Shown here in pieces: positions 52,016-63,759 of a DNA stretch of 64,000 nucleotides (position 1 is the first letter of the stretch; each line of letters opens with the position of its first letter). Location of the stretch: NCBI RefSeq assembly GCF_004010195.1, contig NC_057751.1, positions 14,809,561-14,873,560 on the forward strand, read 5' to 3'. Below the pieces are notes generated by a model. The model was not told the DNA's origin. It saw nothing but the letters and a program-made list of their open reading frames with translations, and did no database searches. The stretch is from Chiloscyllium plagiosum. Its lineage: Eukaryota. The position numbers and the translations under genes were made by a program.

Positions 52016-52608
52016 ACCTCTATATAACTGCTGCTCTACACCACCTTTACTGACAAATCTGGCTACAACAGAAAATCCTCTGGCATGTGAATTAGAAAGA
52101 CAGCTCCCGACCCTCGAATTGTTCTCTCTGCAAGTTTAAAACAAAAGCCCTCCTTTTGTCGACACAGTGAAGCACAAGTCAGATTTCAGTGCAAAGACTT
52201 TCAAAAGGATGTCTAAAGAGAAGAAACTGCCTCCGACTCTGAATATTACTGGTTAGCTTTGCAATTCCAGGCTGGCATCTCCACTTTTGAGTCCCTCACG
52301 TAGTGAAACAGAGAGATAGGATGAGGCCGTTCAGCCTATCCAGCTGATCAAACACATGAATGCCTTTTCCACCCAGGCCACGGTCATCTGGGGTACCTCG
52401 GCTGAATCCTGAAGCTTGAACTGACTGACTGAACTTCACCATTGTGGTACTTGTGAAGGCCTGGGTCCGGAACTACGGGGAGCGGGACAAACTCAGATGG
52501 TGTTTTTAATCTTTGACAGGAAAGAAAGGAGGAAATTGAAGAACAGTCTGCTTCTGGTCAGGAAGGGAGGGACTTGACTCAAATCGGTCCACAACAAACC
52601 ACCAGGCA

Positions 52609-52614
52609 TTTATT
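52609..52614 (-). terminator. Candidate polyadenylation signal of the minus-strand gene
   Basis: AATAAA on the minus strand followed by GT-rich ggtggtttgttgtgg; a second AATAAA at 52690-52695. Confidence 0.55.
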
Positions 52615-52904
52615 CACTTACTCGCAAACTCCACGTCAGCCTTGCAGCTTTTCAGTCGGGACCCGTGCACTCACGCACGCACTCACTCATTTATTGGTTT
52701 GCTGCCAATCGAAAGGTGATGCTGATATCCCTGGAACCAAACACTCAGGGGTGGGGGTGGGGGGGCTTTCTCTGCTCTCGTCTCGGTCTTTTCATTCAAG
52801 GGAGTGATGCCAAGCCAGCGCCAATATTCCTGTTCAGAGCTGCCTGACTCAAGTGCACCCACACAAATGAAAGTGGTCGCGACGCCTCCGTTTCCCACCA
52901 GATT

Positions 52905-53506
52905 TTAATTCAAGAACGGCACAACGGAAGCGAAAGACAACCTCTCCAGCAACTGAATTTTCAAATCATCATTGTCGATTTGGTACCAGCTGTACTTCAC
53001 GCTGCTGACGTCGGGCGGGGACTGGCTGTAGGTGCCCTCCAGGGGGGCGATGGTGACCAGGACGTTGAAACAGACCCCGTCGGCCTTCCCGGGGACCGCT
53101 CCGGTGTGCTGCAGGCTCAGGATGCCGTGCGTTTTCACCCGGAGCTGCGCCTCCCTCAGGCACTCCCGGCTCAGTCTGTAAATGGCCACCTCGACGCTGC
53201 ACGAGAGCTCGGCGGAGGACGAGCCGCACGCTGTCACGGGGAAGTGGGGCCACTCCTGGTTGCTGGCCAGCAGCCAGAGGTCGTTGTTCTTGTTGAGAAA
53301 GGCCGCCAACACCCTGTGACAGACGAGCGAGCAGGACATCTCGATGGGAACAGTCACTGGGTGAGATGCCTTCTCCTTGTACTTCACGGCAATGGAGATG
53401 AGATTTAAGATGTCCCTGGCTCGGAGCGGAAGGGGCGACACTCTATCCCACCACTTCGCCTGCAAGGACTCGGCATCGCTCTCTGACGTGCTCTTCAGAG
53501 TTCCTC
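52905..53506 (-). CDS. Terminal coding exon (~200 aa) of an unidentified gene
   Basis: Uninterrupted non-repetitive GC/CpG-rich ORF (GTLKSTSESDAESLQAKWWDRVSPLPLR...SFASVVPFLN*); acceptor gctgtgtttgcag| at 53507 (phase 1); two downstream AATAAA on the minus strand. Confidence 0.75.
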
Positions 53507-53639
53507 CTGCAAACACAGCCGCGTCAGGAATTTCACACTCAGACACCACAATTGCACCCCACTCCGTTGAACAGTGGAAAACCCCCATCGCGAATGACGC
53601 TCAACTTAACGATGGAATATGAAAACCGGCCAGCTTTAA

Positions 53640-55505
53640 AGGCACTCTGCACAGACATTAGATAACGAGGGAAAAGGTGGGACCACTCAAGGTTAAAGGA
53701 GGGAACTTGTGCGTGGAGGCAGAGGATGTGGGTGTGGCCCTAAATGTTTGTGAGTTTCGTGTGGAGCAAGCTGAGATCAGGAAAGCAGTGGTGTTGGGTC
53801 TCTTGAAAAGCATGAAGGAAAAGTCCCCATGGCCTGATGGTATACTTAGTCCCCCAGGTTACTGACAGAGGCAAGAGAGGAGATTGCTGGGACCTTGACC
53901 AAGATCTTTGTGTCCTCACGAGCCACTGGAGAGGTCCCTGAGGACCGGTGAGTAGCTAATGTTGTCCCTCTGTTCGAGAGGGAACTCGGGACAATCCAGG
54001 AAACTACAAACCAGAGATTCTCAGATCGGTCATGGGCAAGCTATTGGAGAGAACTCTTAGGGATAGGACTTATACACATTTGGTAAAGCATGGCCTAACT
54101 CAGGACATTCAGCATGGCTTTGTGCAGGGCAGGTTATGTCTTACCAACTTGATTGAATTTTCTAAAGGAGGTGACGAAGGTGTTGTTTACATGGATTATA
54201 TTGAGGCTTTTGATGAGCTCATCCCGAAGATGAAGATGCATGGGATCCACAGTGATGTGGTCACGTGAATTCTGAACTGGCTTGCCCAGAGGGTAGTGAC
54301 GGAAGAGTGTTTGACAGACTGGAGGTCCGTGACCAGTGGTGTTCTGTATTGGGAAACATCAATGACTTGGTTGAAAACGCAGACGGGGGTCAGTTTGCAG
54401 AGGACACAAAGATTGGTGGAGTTGGGGATGGTGGAGATTAATGTGGGTAAGTGTAAGGTGCTGCACTTTGGTATTTCAAATTAGATTAGACTAGATTCCA
54501 TACAGTGTGGAAACAGGCCCTTTGGCCCAACAAGTCCACACTGACCCTCCAAAGAGTAACCCACCCAGACCCATTTCCCTCTGATTAATGCACCTAACAC
54601 TGTGGGCAATTTAGCACGGCCAATTCACCTAACCTGCACGTCTTTGGACTGTGGGAGGAAACCGGAGCACCCGGAGGAAACCTACGCAGACACGACGAGA
54701 GTGTGCAAACTCCACACAGACAGTCGCCCGAGGTACGAGTCGAACCCAGGTGCTGTGGGGCAGCAGTGCTAACCACTGAGCCATCGTGACATCCAACGTG
54801 GCAGAGTGGGCGGATGAGGTTTAGTGAAGTGTGAGATCACGCATTTTGATCAGAAGGACTCTGAAAGGTGTATGGCATGTGTGCCTTTGCTGGTCAGCAA
54901 ACTGAGTACAAGAGGACACCTCGCTGCTTTCTAAGGCTTCAGTTCGGCCACACTTTAAGAATTGCATTCAATTCTGGTCACCACACGACAGGAAGGCTGC
55001 AGTGACCCTGTGACAGAGGGTGCTTTGGGGGAGGGCACGGAAGGGGTTTACCAGGACGCTGTCTGGACTAGAGGGTCTGAGCTATAAGGAGAGACTGGAA
55101 AAACTCAGGCTGTTTTCTCTGAAGCGGCGGAGGCTGAGGGGAGACTTGATAGAAGTTTAGAAGATGACCAGATGCATTGATCGAGTTGACGGTTCAAATC
55201 TTTTATCTGGAGTTGAAATGTCTAATCTTTGGGCGAATGCGTCTAAGGTAAGGGGAGGAAGAATTCAAAGGAGATGTGAGGGGCTCGTTTTGTTTTTACA
55301 CAGAGAGTGGGAGGAGTGTGGAACGCGCTGCCAGGGATGGGAGTGGAGACGAGTCGGGGTGTTTAAGGGACTTTTGGATAAGCACATGAATATGCAAAAG
55401 ATGAAGGGATGTGGGCCAAGGGTGGATAGAAGGTTAAGCAGAGTTTAAACTGCTGTCATGTTTGGCACATCGTGGGCTGAAGGGCCTGTTCCTGTACTAT
55501 GTGAA
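53640..55505 (+). mobile_element. Degenerate CR1 LINE (ORF2 RT to 3' end) with a nested SINE
   Basis: KSPWPDGI, QHGFVQGRLCLTNLIEF, WRSVTSGV, KCKVLHFG motifs. Confidence 0.85.
54481..54790 (-). mobile_element. HE1-type V-SINE
   Basis: Tail, V domain and head on the minus strand. Confidence 0.9.
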
Positions 55506-55799
55506 TCATCGGTGCAAATATTGTGACATTGCAACCAGAGAACCCAACAATGTGGCGATCACTGCTGACAGGAACCGTGCCCAACATTGTCCACAACACA
55601 AAGGCTCTGGGACTCGCTCATCTGTACACATCAGTGATTTCCTGCTGATCTCCCTCAAAGAAATGACTCGGTGACTCCAGCGTGACATTGTCCCAGTCTG
55701 AAAACCCATCCGCGTTGATGTAAATCCTGAGGTTGGCAGTTACACTGTGAGACACTCAGCACACATCTGTCAGGACACCTCCAGCACCTCAGCACTGCT

Positions 55800-56268
55800 C
55801 AGAATCACAGAACGGATATGGCACAGGAGGGGGCCAGTCGGCCCACTGCGTTCATACTGTCTAATGTCAACCTTTTCTCCATACCCCAGCTCAGCATGTC
55901 TATCCCCAATCCCCCTCCGATGTCTCTCTCCAATGCCTCGATTGAAGCTGCCTCCCCCACGTTTCCAGGCAGTGCATTCCACAGTCTAACCACTCGCTGG
56001 GTGAGCGAGTTCTCTCTCACATCCCCCGAACCTCGTTTGTACCTCACATTAACTGCATACCCCTCTTCGTTCTTGTTCCTTTTACAACCAGGAGCAGCCG
56101 CTCCCTCTCTATCTCCAGCCCGCCCATGATTTTGGAGACCTGGACCAGATCTCCCTCTCAGCTGTCTTCTCTCAGTCCCGACTTCTTCAATCTCCCCTCA
56201 TAACTGAGGTTTCTCATCCCTGGAACTCTTCTTGTCAACCTCGTCTGCACTCTCCCTCCAATGTGTTC
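55800..56268 (-). mobile_element. Old CR1-like 3' fragment
   Basis: TQRVVRLWNALPG, RVPGMRNLSYEGRLK motifs. Confidence 0.65.
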
Positions 56269-56768
56269 NNNNNNNNNNNNNNNNNNNNNNNNNNNNNNNN
56301 NNNNNNNNNNNNNNNNNNNNNNNNNNNNNNNNNNNNNNNNNNNNNNNNNNNNNNNNNNNNNNNNNNNNNNNNNNNNNNNNNNNNNNNNNNNNNNNNNNNN
56401 NNNNNNNNNNNNNNNNNNNNNNNNNNNNNNNNNNNNNNNNNNNNNNNNNNNNNNNNNNNNNNNNNNNNNNNNNNNNNNNNNNNNNNNNNNNNNNNNNNNN
56501 NNNNNNNNNNNNNNNNNNNNNNNNNNNNNNNNNNNNNNNNNNNNNNNNNNNNNNNNNNNNNNNNNNNNNNNNNNNNNNNNNNNNNNNNNNNNNNNNNNNN
56601 NNNNNNNNNNNNNNNNNNNNNNNNNNNNNNNNNNNNNNNNNNNNNNNNNNNNNNNNNNNNNNNNNNNNNNNNNNNNNNNNNNNNNNNNNNNNNNNNNNNN
56701 NNNNNNNNNNNNNNNNNNNNNNNNNNNNNNNNNNNNNNNNNNNNNNNNNNNNNNNNNNNNNNNNNNNN

Positions 56769-57240
56769 CCGAATTGTTAAAAAAGGGCAAGAAGTTTCAA
56801 TGGACAAGGGACTGTCAGAAGGCATTTGTCAGCCTAAAAACTGTGTATTAGCCACACTGGATTACTTGAGGTCTTTCAAGGTGGCTATCGATGCCAGTGG
56901 GTGTCGGTGCGGTGCTCCTGCAGGAGGATGACGAGGGGGTAGAAAAGTCCAGCAGGTATATTTCCAGGAAGTTTAATGATCATCAACAGAAATATCCAAC
57001 AGTGAAAAAATAGACTTTAAGCTTGGTGTTGACATTATGACAGCTCAGTATTTATATTACCAGCAATGCATCTGAGACAATCGTATGCACTGATCATATC
57101 CCATTGACATTTATGGAAAAAATTAAGGACAAAAATGCCAGACTGTTTCGATGGAGCTTGTAGATGCAGCCATTCAATTTGACAATTGTGCACATGGCAG
57201 GTCGCAAAGACGTGATTGTCGATGTGTCATTGAGGCTCAA
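56769..57240 (+). mobile_element. Gypsy/Ty3 pol remnant (RT connection and RNase H), with stops and frameshifts
   Basis: LLKKGKKFQWTRDCQKAF, FKVAIDASG, GAVLLQ, SRKFN..QQKY, VCTDHIPL, ARLFRWSL motifs. Confidence 0.88.
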
Positions 57241-57414
57241 ATGAGATACAGAGACGTTCAGTGGTGGTTGTCCCGCAGCCTGAATTTGCATGTGGTTGTG
57301 AATGTATGCATGTTTATCGTTGGTATAGTGTTTAGACTACTAACTGGGGTTTTGAAGGGTTAAAAATGAAGCCATCCTTTGGTATTAATAGTTCATGTTT
57401 TAAAAGGGGGGAGG

Positions 57415-58357
57415 TGTCACAAAGCTGGTCCCTTTTTCTTGTAAAAGCTGTTCCTTGGCTCAAGGAGACTCTGTTGTTCATTTTTTTCAGAGGGGTAATA
57501 AACCAGGCCAGGCTCCAATCAGTCTGGCTTGGTACAGAGATGGAAAGGATTGTGAGGGGCTTTTTGTTAATATGTAAACAGATGAGACTTCAGGCCAAAG
57601 TGGGCATGTTTTAGAAGTGACCTATATCATGAAAGGGGCGTGGTTAGCTCTCTAGATTAGATTCCCCTACAGCGTGGAAACAGGCCCTTCTGCTCAACAA
57701 GTCCACACCGACCCTCCGAAGAGTAACCCACCCAGACCCATTTCCCTCTGACTAACACACCTAACCTATGGGTCATTTAGCATGGCCAATTCACCTGATA
57801 TGCACATTTTTAGACTGTGGGAGGATACCAGAGGAAACCCACGCAGACCTGGGGAGAATGTGCAAACTCCACACAGACAGTTGCCAGAGGCTGGAATCGA
57901 ATCTGGGACCCTGGTGTTATAAGGCAGCAGTGCTAACCACTGGGCCACCATGCCCCCCCCTCGCTGAGCAGTTTAGTTCAATCCTGAACTGGCTGGGAGT
58001 TCGACAGAGAACTGTGTGGAAATTCTCTCTCTCTCTTTCTGCCCTTCAACTTCAACCTATAAGCACGTGCTCCATTGAAACTGGTATTTAGAGGGAGTTT
58101 GTTTATTGGGACTGTTGTGCATATTCAGAACAGCATACTTAAGTCTAGTTTGGATAGATTGAGTTCTTTAGCGGTTCTTTATTCTGTTCATTATGTAGTT
58201 TTGTGAGTAAATTTTTGTCTGTTTTAAAATCTACTATTCAAACTAGCTAACTTAACCTGGGTAATTTTCACTGGACACTTACCAAAGCAAATTGCAAAGT
58301 TATGGGCTGGGCTGCCTGCTTAAGAATGCCTTGAGTGATCTGGCCTAGTCCACAACA
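57415..58357 (+). mobile_element. 3' LTR (TG...CA) preceded by a polypurine tract
   Basis: PPT aaaaggggggagg at 57402-57414, LTR starts tgtcac and ends cacaaca; SINE inserted at 57652-57960. Confidence 0.8.
57652..57960 (-). mobile_element. HE1-type V-SINE nested in the LTR
   Basis: Tail, V domain, head. Confidence 0.9.
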
Positions 58358-58615
58358 ATAGCCACCACCTTCAACACTCTAGCATGTACCTCATCGAGTA
58401 CAGGGTATTTATTTAGCTTTGATCATATTAATTTTCCAGCATTGCCTCTTTATGAGTACTAATGACTTTAATTTTCACAACTCCCATTGGTTCCGAGCAT
58501 TGTCGATAGACTTTCTACAACATCCTCTATAAAGACAGACAAACCATAATTTTTTTGGTTCTCTGTCATTTCTCTACTCTCCAATAAAAATTTTCCTGCT
58601 TCCATCTGTAGTGGG

Positions 58616-58835
58616 GAGAAAGTGAGGACTGCAGATGCTGCAGAGCAGAGTCGAGAGTATGGTACTGGAAAAGCACAGCCGGTCAGGCAGCATTCGAGGA
58701 GCTGGAGAATCGATGTTTCGGGCATAAGTCCTTCATCAGGAAATCTTAATGATGGGGTTCTGTCCGAAATGTTGATTCTCCTGCTCCTCAGATGCTACCT
58801 GACCTGCAGTGCTTTTCCAGCACCACATTCTTGAC
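58616..58835. mobile_element. Inverted dimer of a Penelope-like tail with hammerhead motifs
   Basis: Two arms in opposite orientation; flanks tccatctgtagtggg (58601-58615) and tccatctggaatggg (58836-58850). Confidence 0.82.
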
Positions 58836-61395
58836 TCCATCTGGAATGGGCCCAATTTTGTTTTCATTAATCTACTTCTTTTCATGTACCAAAAGAAGTT
58901 TTTCCGATCTGCCTTTCTGTTTCACGCTAGCTTGCATTCATCTTGACTTTTTCATTCTTAGTTTCTTGTTCATCCTTTGCCGAAAGCTAAATTGGTGCCA
59001 TACCCAAGGTTACCACTTTTTGCTATCTGTCATACTTGTCAGTCACTTCCTTTGACCTCATGCAATCATTTCCTGTTCGCCACAGTTGATTCATCTTTCC
59101 TGTCGGTTTTCATCTTTCTCAGGGAATGGTATATTTGTTGTTGATAATGCAAACCAGCTTTAAATACGAACATTTGCCCATTTACCATCATTGTTAAATA
59201 TGCTATTGTATCAGGATTATAACCGTCATATAATTAGACTTAATTAATTCTTATTAACGACTCGTTCTTAGTACATAACAACAAATCTGAATTAGCCAAA
59301 TTCTAAGTTAGTTCCTCTATATACAACTTCAGAAATGCAACTCATACACAATCCAGGAAATCATCCTTCACCACACCAGCATTAATTAGTTTAACCAGTT
59401 TATATGTAAATTAAAATCAACTATTACATGCAGATTTAATTTCTTGACACATACTATGCCAAACATTATTATTGGTAGTTTATAGACAACTTCCACTAAG
59501 GTTTTTTGGCCTTGTTGCTTCTTAACTTCACTCAAATTGATTCTACATCGTGATCCTTCAATCTGAGATACTCTCTGTCATGTATAGATCTTGCCCCTTA
59601 TAAACAGTGCCTTCCTACCTCCTTTACCCCCTCTATCGTTCCTTCTGAAATCACAAATATCACTGATCATTGGGTTCCTAGCACTGGTCATCCCACAATC
59701 ACATCTCAATGATATGAACAGTGTTACCATTGGCCATAAATTGAACTGGACCAGTCATACTCAAGTACTGTGGCGATGAAAGCAGGTCAGATGCTTGGAA
59801 TTCTGGGACAAGTGATTCATGTCTGTGACTGCTTGCTTCTCAATTTCTCTCAGTTTAGTTTCTGTTCTTTTATGTGTATGTGTCACTGGGCCAGTTAGAA
59901 AAGGTAAGAGAGGGAAATTGGGGCATTATAAACTAGTCAATCCAACATCAGTGTCAGAAAACGACTAAGGCCGAGAAGGTTGAAATTATAACACGGATAC
60001 GGACAGCTGAACCAGTATAGTCTTCCTATCTCCCTATTCACTACTCAGTCAAATTAAACTATCAAATATCCATAATTATTATTTCAATGTTTCCTAATAA
60101 GACTTTTTAAAAACTAATCCCAGATTTTGTGAATAATTAATTCCAGATCCCAGTTTTGCATATCAAACAATTTAAGAAATATGTCATAACTTTAGCAAAG
60201 GAAAAATTAAACAACAGAGCAATGTGATTAATGACCCGGCTTTAAATCTGAAACATTTGTTTTCAACTTCTATTCACACAGAAGACAGAAAGAAAATAAC
60301 TGTAAAGGGATAATGAAAGAACATAACAAAACTGGCCAGTTTAGTTAAATTACTTTCATGATACATTGTTTCACAGGCATAAACGTGGACTCGGTGGTTG
60401 CTTTTCTGGAACTGACAATGAGGATCACCTTCTTGGTTCACTCAGGTATCGGGGTTTCTATTTTTTATACTTCCAGAAACTGGCATAACAGACCTTTCCA
60501 ATCTTCATGCTACCTCAGCAGCAGCCAATAACCATCTCTCAGAAAACGTAGTTCAAGAAAACATCTTTAATTCTGATTCTGCTCTGATGGACTGATTGAC
60601 TCTTCCTGAGGTCTCATTTCCATACAGTCATAGAGTCATATCGTCATTGAGTCATAGAGTCATACAGCATGGAAACAGACTCTTTAGTCCAACCAGTCCA
60701 TGCTGACCATGTTCACGAGCTGAATTAGTCCCAGATTTTGGCCCACATCTCTCCAAATCTTTCCGAGTCATGTACTTATCCAAATGCCTTTTAAATATTG
60801 TAACTGTACCTGCATCCATCACTTCCTCTGACAGTTCAACCCACACACGAACCACTTCCTGTGTAAAAATGTTGCCCCTTGTGTCCTTATAAAAACTTTC
60901 TCATCTCACCTTAAAAGTTACCCCCTAATTTTGAATTCTCCCACCCTTGGGAAAATACCCTTGCTATTCACCTTATTTTATACCCCTCATGATTTTACAA
61001 ACCCCGATAAGGTCACTTCTCGACGTCCTACACTCCAGGGAGAAACTTCCCAGCCTAGTTTTCTAACTCAAACCTTCCATTCCTGGAAACATCCTGACAA
61101 ATCTTTTCTGAATCCTCTCTGACTGAATAATATCCATCCTATAGCAAGGCAACTAGAAATGTGCACAGTACTGCAGAGGACACCTTACCAATGCACTGTA
61201 CAACTTCAACATGACATTCTAACTCCTCTAACGCAAAGATCTGAACAATGAAGGCAAGCTTGCTAAAAGCCCTCTTAACCACCCTGTCAGCCTGTGATGC
61301 AGATTTCAAACCTGAATTCCCAGGTTTCTCTGTTCTACAAAACAACCCAAGGCCCTACTTATAATCGCGCAAGTCCTGCCCTTGCATGTTTCAAC

Positions 61396-61573
61396 TGAGC
61401 TGAAAAATGTGTTGCTGGAAAAGCGCAACAGGTCAGGCAGCATCCAAGGACCAGGAGACCTGAAGAAGGGCTTATGCCCGAAACGTCGATTCTCCTGCTC
61501 CTTGGATGCTGCCTGACCTGCTGCGCTTTTCCAGCAACACATTTTTCAGCTCTGATCTCCAGCATCACTTTCT
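61396..61573 (+). mobile_element. Short Penelope-like tail insertion with an inverted arm and a target-site duplication
   Basis: Flanks ccttgcatgtttcaac (61380-61395) and ccttgcatgttttaac (61574-61589). Confidence 0.85.
61452..61497 (+). ncRNA. Minimal type I hammerhead ribozyme motif
   Basis: CUGAAGA-a-GGGC(uuau)GCCC-GAAAC-GUC, with palindromic ACGU in place of stem III. Confidence 0.7.
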
Positions 61574-62299
61574 CCTTGCATGTTTTAACGAAATGTCATA
61601 CATCACATTAAACTCCATCAGCCACTCCTCAGCATATTAACCCAATTGATCAAGGTCTTTTTTTATAATCTTCGATAACATTCTTCACTGTCCACTCTGC
61701 CACCAACATTGGCACCATCTGCAAACTTACTAGTCATACCTCCTATGTTCTTATCCAAACCATTTACATAAATGACAAACAAAAGTGGACTCCGTCCTAA
61801 TTCCCACAGAGCACCACTGGTCACAGGCCTCTCTTCCACCACCTTCTGTCTCCTACTATGAAGTCAATTTTGCATCCAATTGGCAAGCTCACCCTGAATC
61901 CCATGTGATCTAACTTTACTAATGAGTCTACCGTGTGGAACCTTGTCAAAGGCTTTACCAAAGTACATTTAAATAACATTAATAACTCTGCCCTCATCAA
62001 CCTTTTTGGTTACATCCTCAAAAAACTCAATTAAGTTTCATGATTTCCCTCACTCAAAACCATGCTGACTATCCATAATCAGCCCGTGCCTCTCCAAATG
62101 CATGCAAATCCTATCTTTCAGAATCACCTCCAAAAAACTACTGACCACTGATATCAGACTCGTAGGACTCTCATTCCCAGGTTTCTCCTTACAGCCTTTC
62201 TGAAATAAAGGCACAACATTAACCATCCTCTGGTCCTCTGGTCCCTCACCTGTATTTACAGGAGATACAAAATATTTCTGCTCGGGTCCCTGTAATTTC

Positions 62300-62433
62300 C
62301 GAGGCAAAAGTGAGGACTGCAGATGCTGGAAACCAGAGTCTAGATTAGAGTGGTGCTGGAAAAGCACAGCAGGTCAGGCAGCATCCGAGGAGCAGGAAAA
62401 TCAACGTTTCGGGCAAAAGCCCTTCATCAGGAA
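62300..62433 (-). mobile_element. 134-bp Penelope-like tail insertion with a target-site duplication
   Basis: Flanks tccctgtaatttc (62287-62299) and tccctgcaatttc (62434-62446). Confidence 0.85.
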
Positions 62434-62434
62434 T
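62396..62434 (-). ncRNA. Minimal type I hammerhead ribozyme motif
   Basis: Minus strand reads attc-CUGAUGA-a-GGGC(uuuu)GCCC-GAAAC-GUU-gatt. Confidence 0.65.
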
Positions 62435-63409
62435 CCCTGCAATTTCTTCCCTAACTTCCCATAAAATCCTCGGATACACTTAATGAGGTCCTGGAGATTT
62501 ATCTGCCTTTATGTTTTCTCAGACCTCCAGCACCTCCTCTTCTGTAATATGAACTGTTTTCAAAACATCAATATTTATTTCACCAAGTTCTCTCACCTCC
62601 AATTCTTTCTCCACAGTAAAAACTGATGTTAAATATTCATTTAGCATCTCTCACATCACATGAGATTCAACACATAGATGACCTTGTTGATCTTTAGCAG
62701 GGCCTATTTGCTCTCTACTTGGTCTTTGCTCTTAATGTATTTGTAGAATCTCTTTACATCATCGTTAACCTTATCTGACAAGGCTATCTCATATCCCCTC
62801 TTTGTCCTCTTGATTTCCTTTTTATGAACGCCCCCACACACTTACCCTCTTCAAGAGATTAATTGATCCCAATTGTCTATGTCTAATATATAATTCATTC
62901 TTATTCTTGACTAGAATCTCAATATCTTCATTCGTCCATTGTTCCCATCTCCTTCCAGCCTTACCCTTCATTCTAATCGGTATGCAATGCCCCTGGAATC
63001 TTGTTATCATACTTTTGAAAGTCTCACATTGTCACTCGTCCCTTTACAAGTGAACAGTGTACTCCAATCAACTTCTGAAAGTTCTTATCTTATACCATTG
63101 AAATTTGCCTCACTCCAATACAGAACTTTAACTTTTATGGAAGGCTTATCCTTTTCCACAATTATTTTAAAACTAATAAGATTATGATAACCAGTCCCAA
63201 AGTATTCCCTTACTAACACTTCAGTCACTTGCTCTGCCTTATTTCCCAACAGAAGGTCAAGAACTGCCATCTTCTTGAACATGGACTCCCTTTCATACTT
63301 GTCAGAATCAATTTCTATGAACTGACCTTGTTAATAGCCAACTGCTTCTATGCTCTTCATTGGGTCACTGTCTCTGTTAGAATCTGTTTAATCAAGTATC
63401 TGCCCTACA

Positions 63410-63715
63410 ATTAGATTAGATTACTTACAGTGAGGGAACAGGCGCTTCAGCCCAACAAGTCCACACTGACCCTCCGAAGAGCAATCCATCCAGACCCATT
63501 CCCCTGCACCTAACGCTATGGGTAATTTAGCATGGCCAATTCACCTAACCTGCACATCTTTGGACTGTGGGAGGAAACCAGAGCACCCAGAGGAAACCCA
63601 CACAGACACGGGGAGAATGTGCAAACTTCACACAGACAGTTGCCCGAGGCGGGATTTGAACCCAGGTCTCTGGCGCTGTGAGGCAGCAGTGCTAACCACT
63701 GTGCTACTGTGCCGC
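63410..63715 (-). mobile_element. HE1-type V-SINE
   Basis: Tail, V domain, head. Confidence 0.9.
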
Positions 63716-63759
63716 TTCCAGGCTTGGCCTCACAAAGAAACAAAACTTGTTTGGTCTGG

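Larger units (their letters stand above)
60625..63300 (-). mobile_element. Degenerate CR1 LINE (~2.7 kb, end of the endonuclease through RT to the 3' tail) with two short insertions
   Basis: AVLDLLLGN, NVVPLFQKG, SQHGF, VWVELSEEVMDAG motifs; (ctatga)-type tail at 60625-60665. Confidence 0.88.

Noticed and set aside
52980..53408. 142-aa plus-strand ORF
   Set aside because: Antisense shadow of the GC-rich minus-strand coding exon
59881..60625. AT-rich segment starting tgtcac, possible further LTR
   Set aside because: No second copy, PPT/PBS or clear terminus is visible in the window
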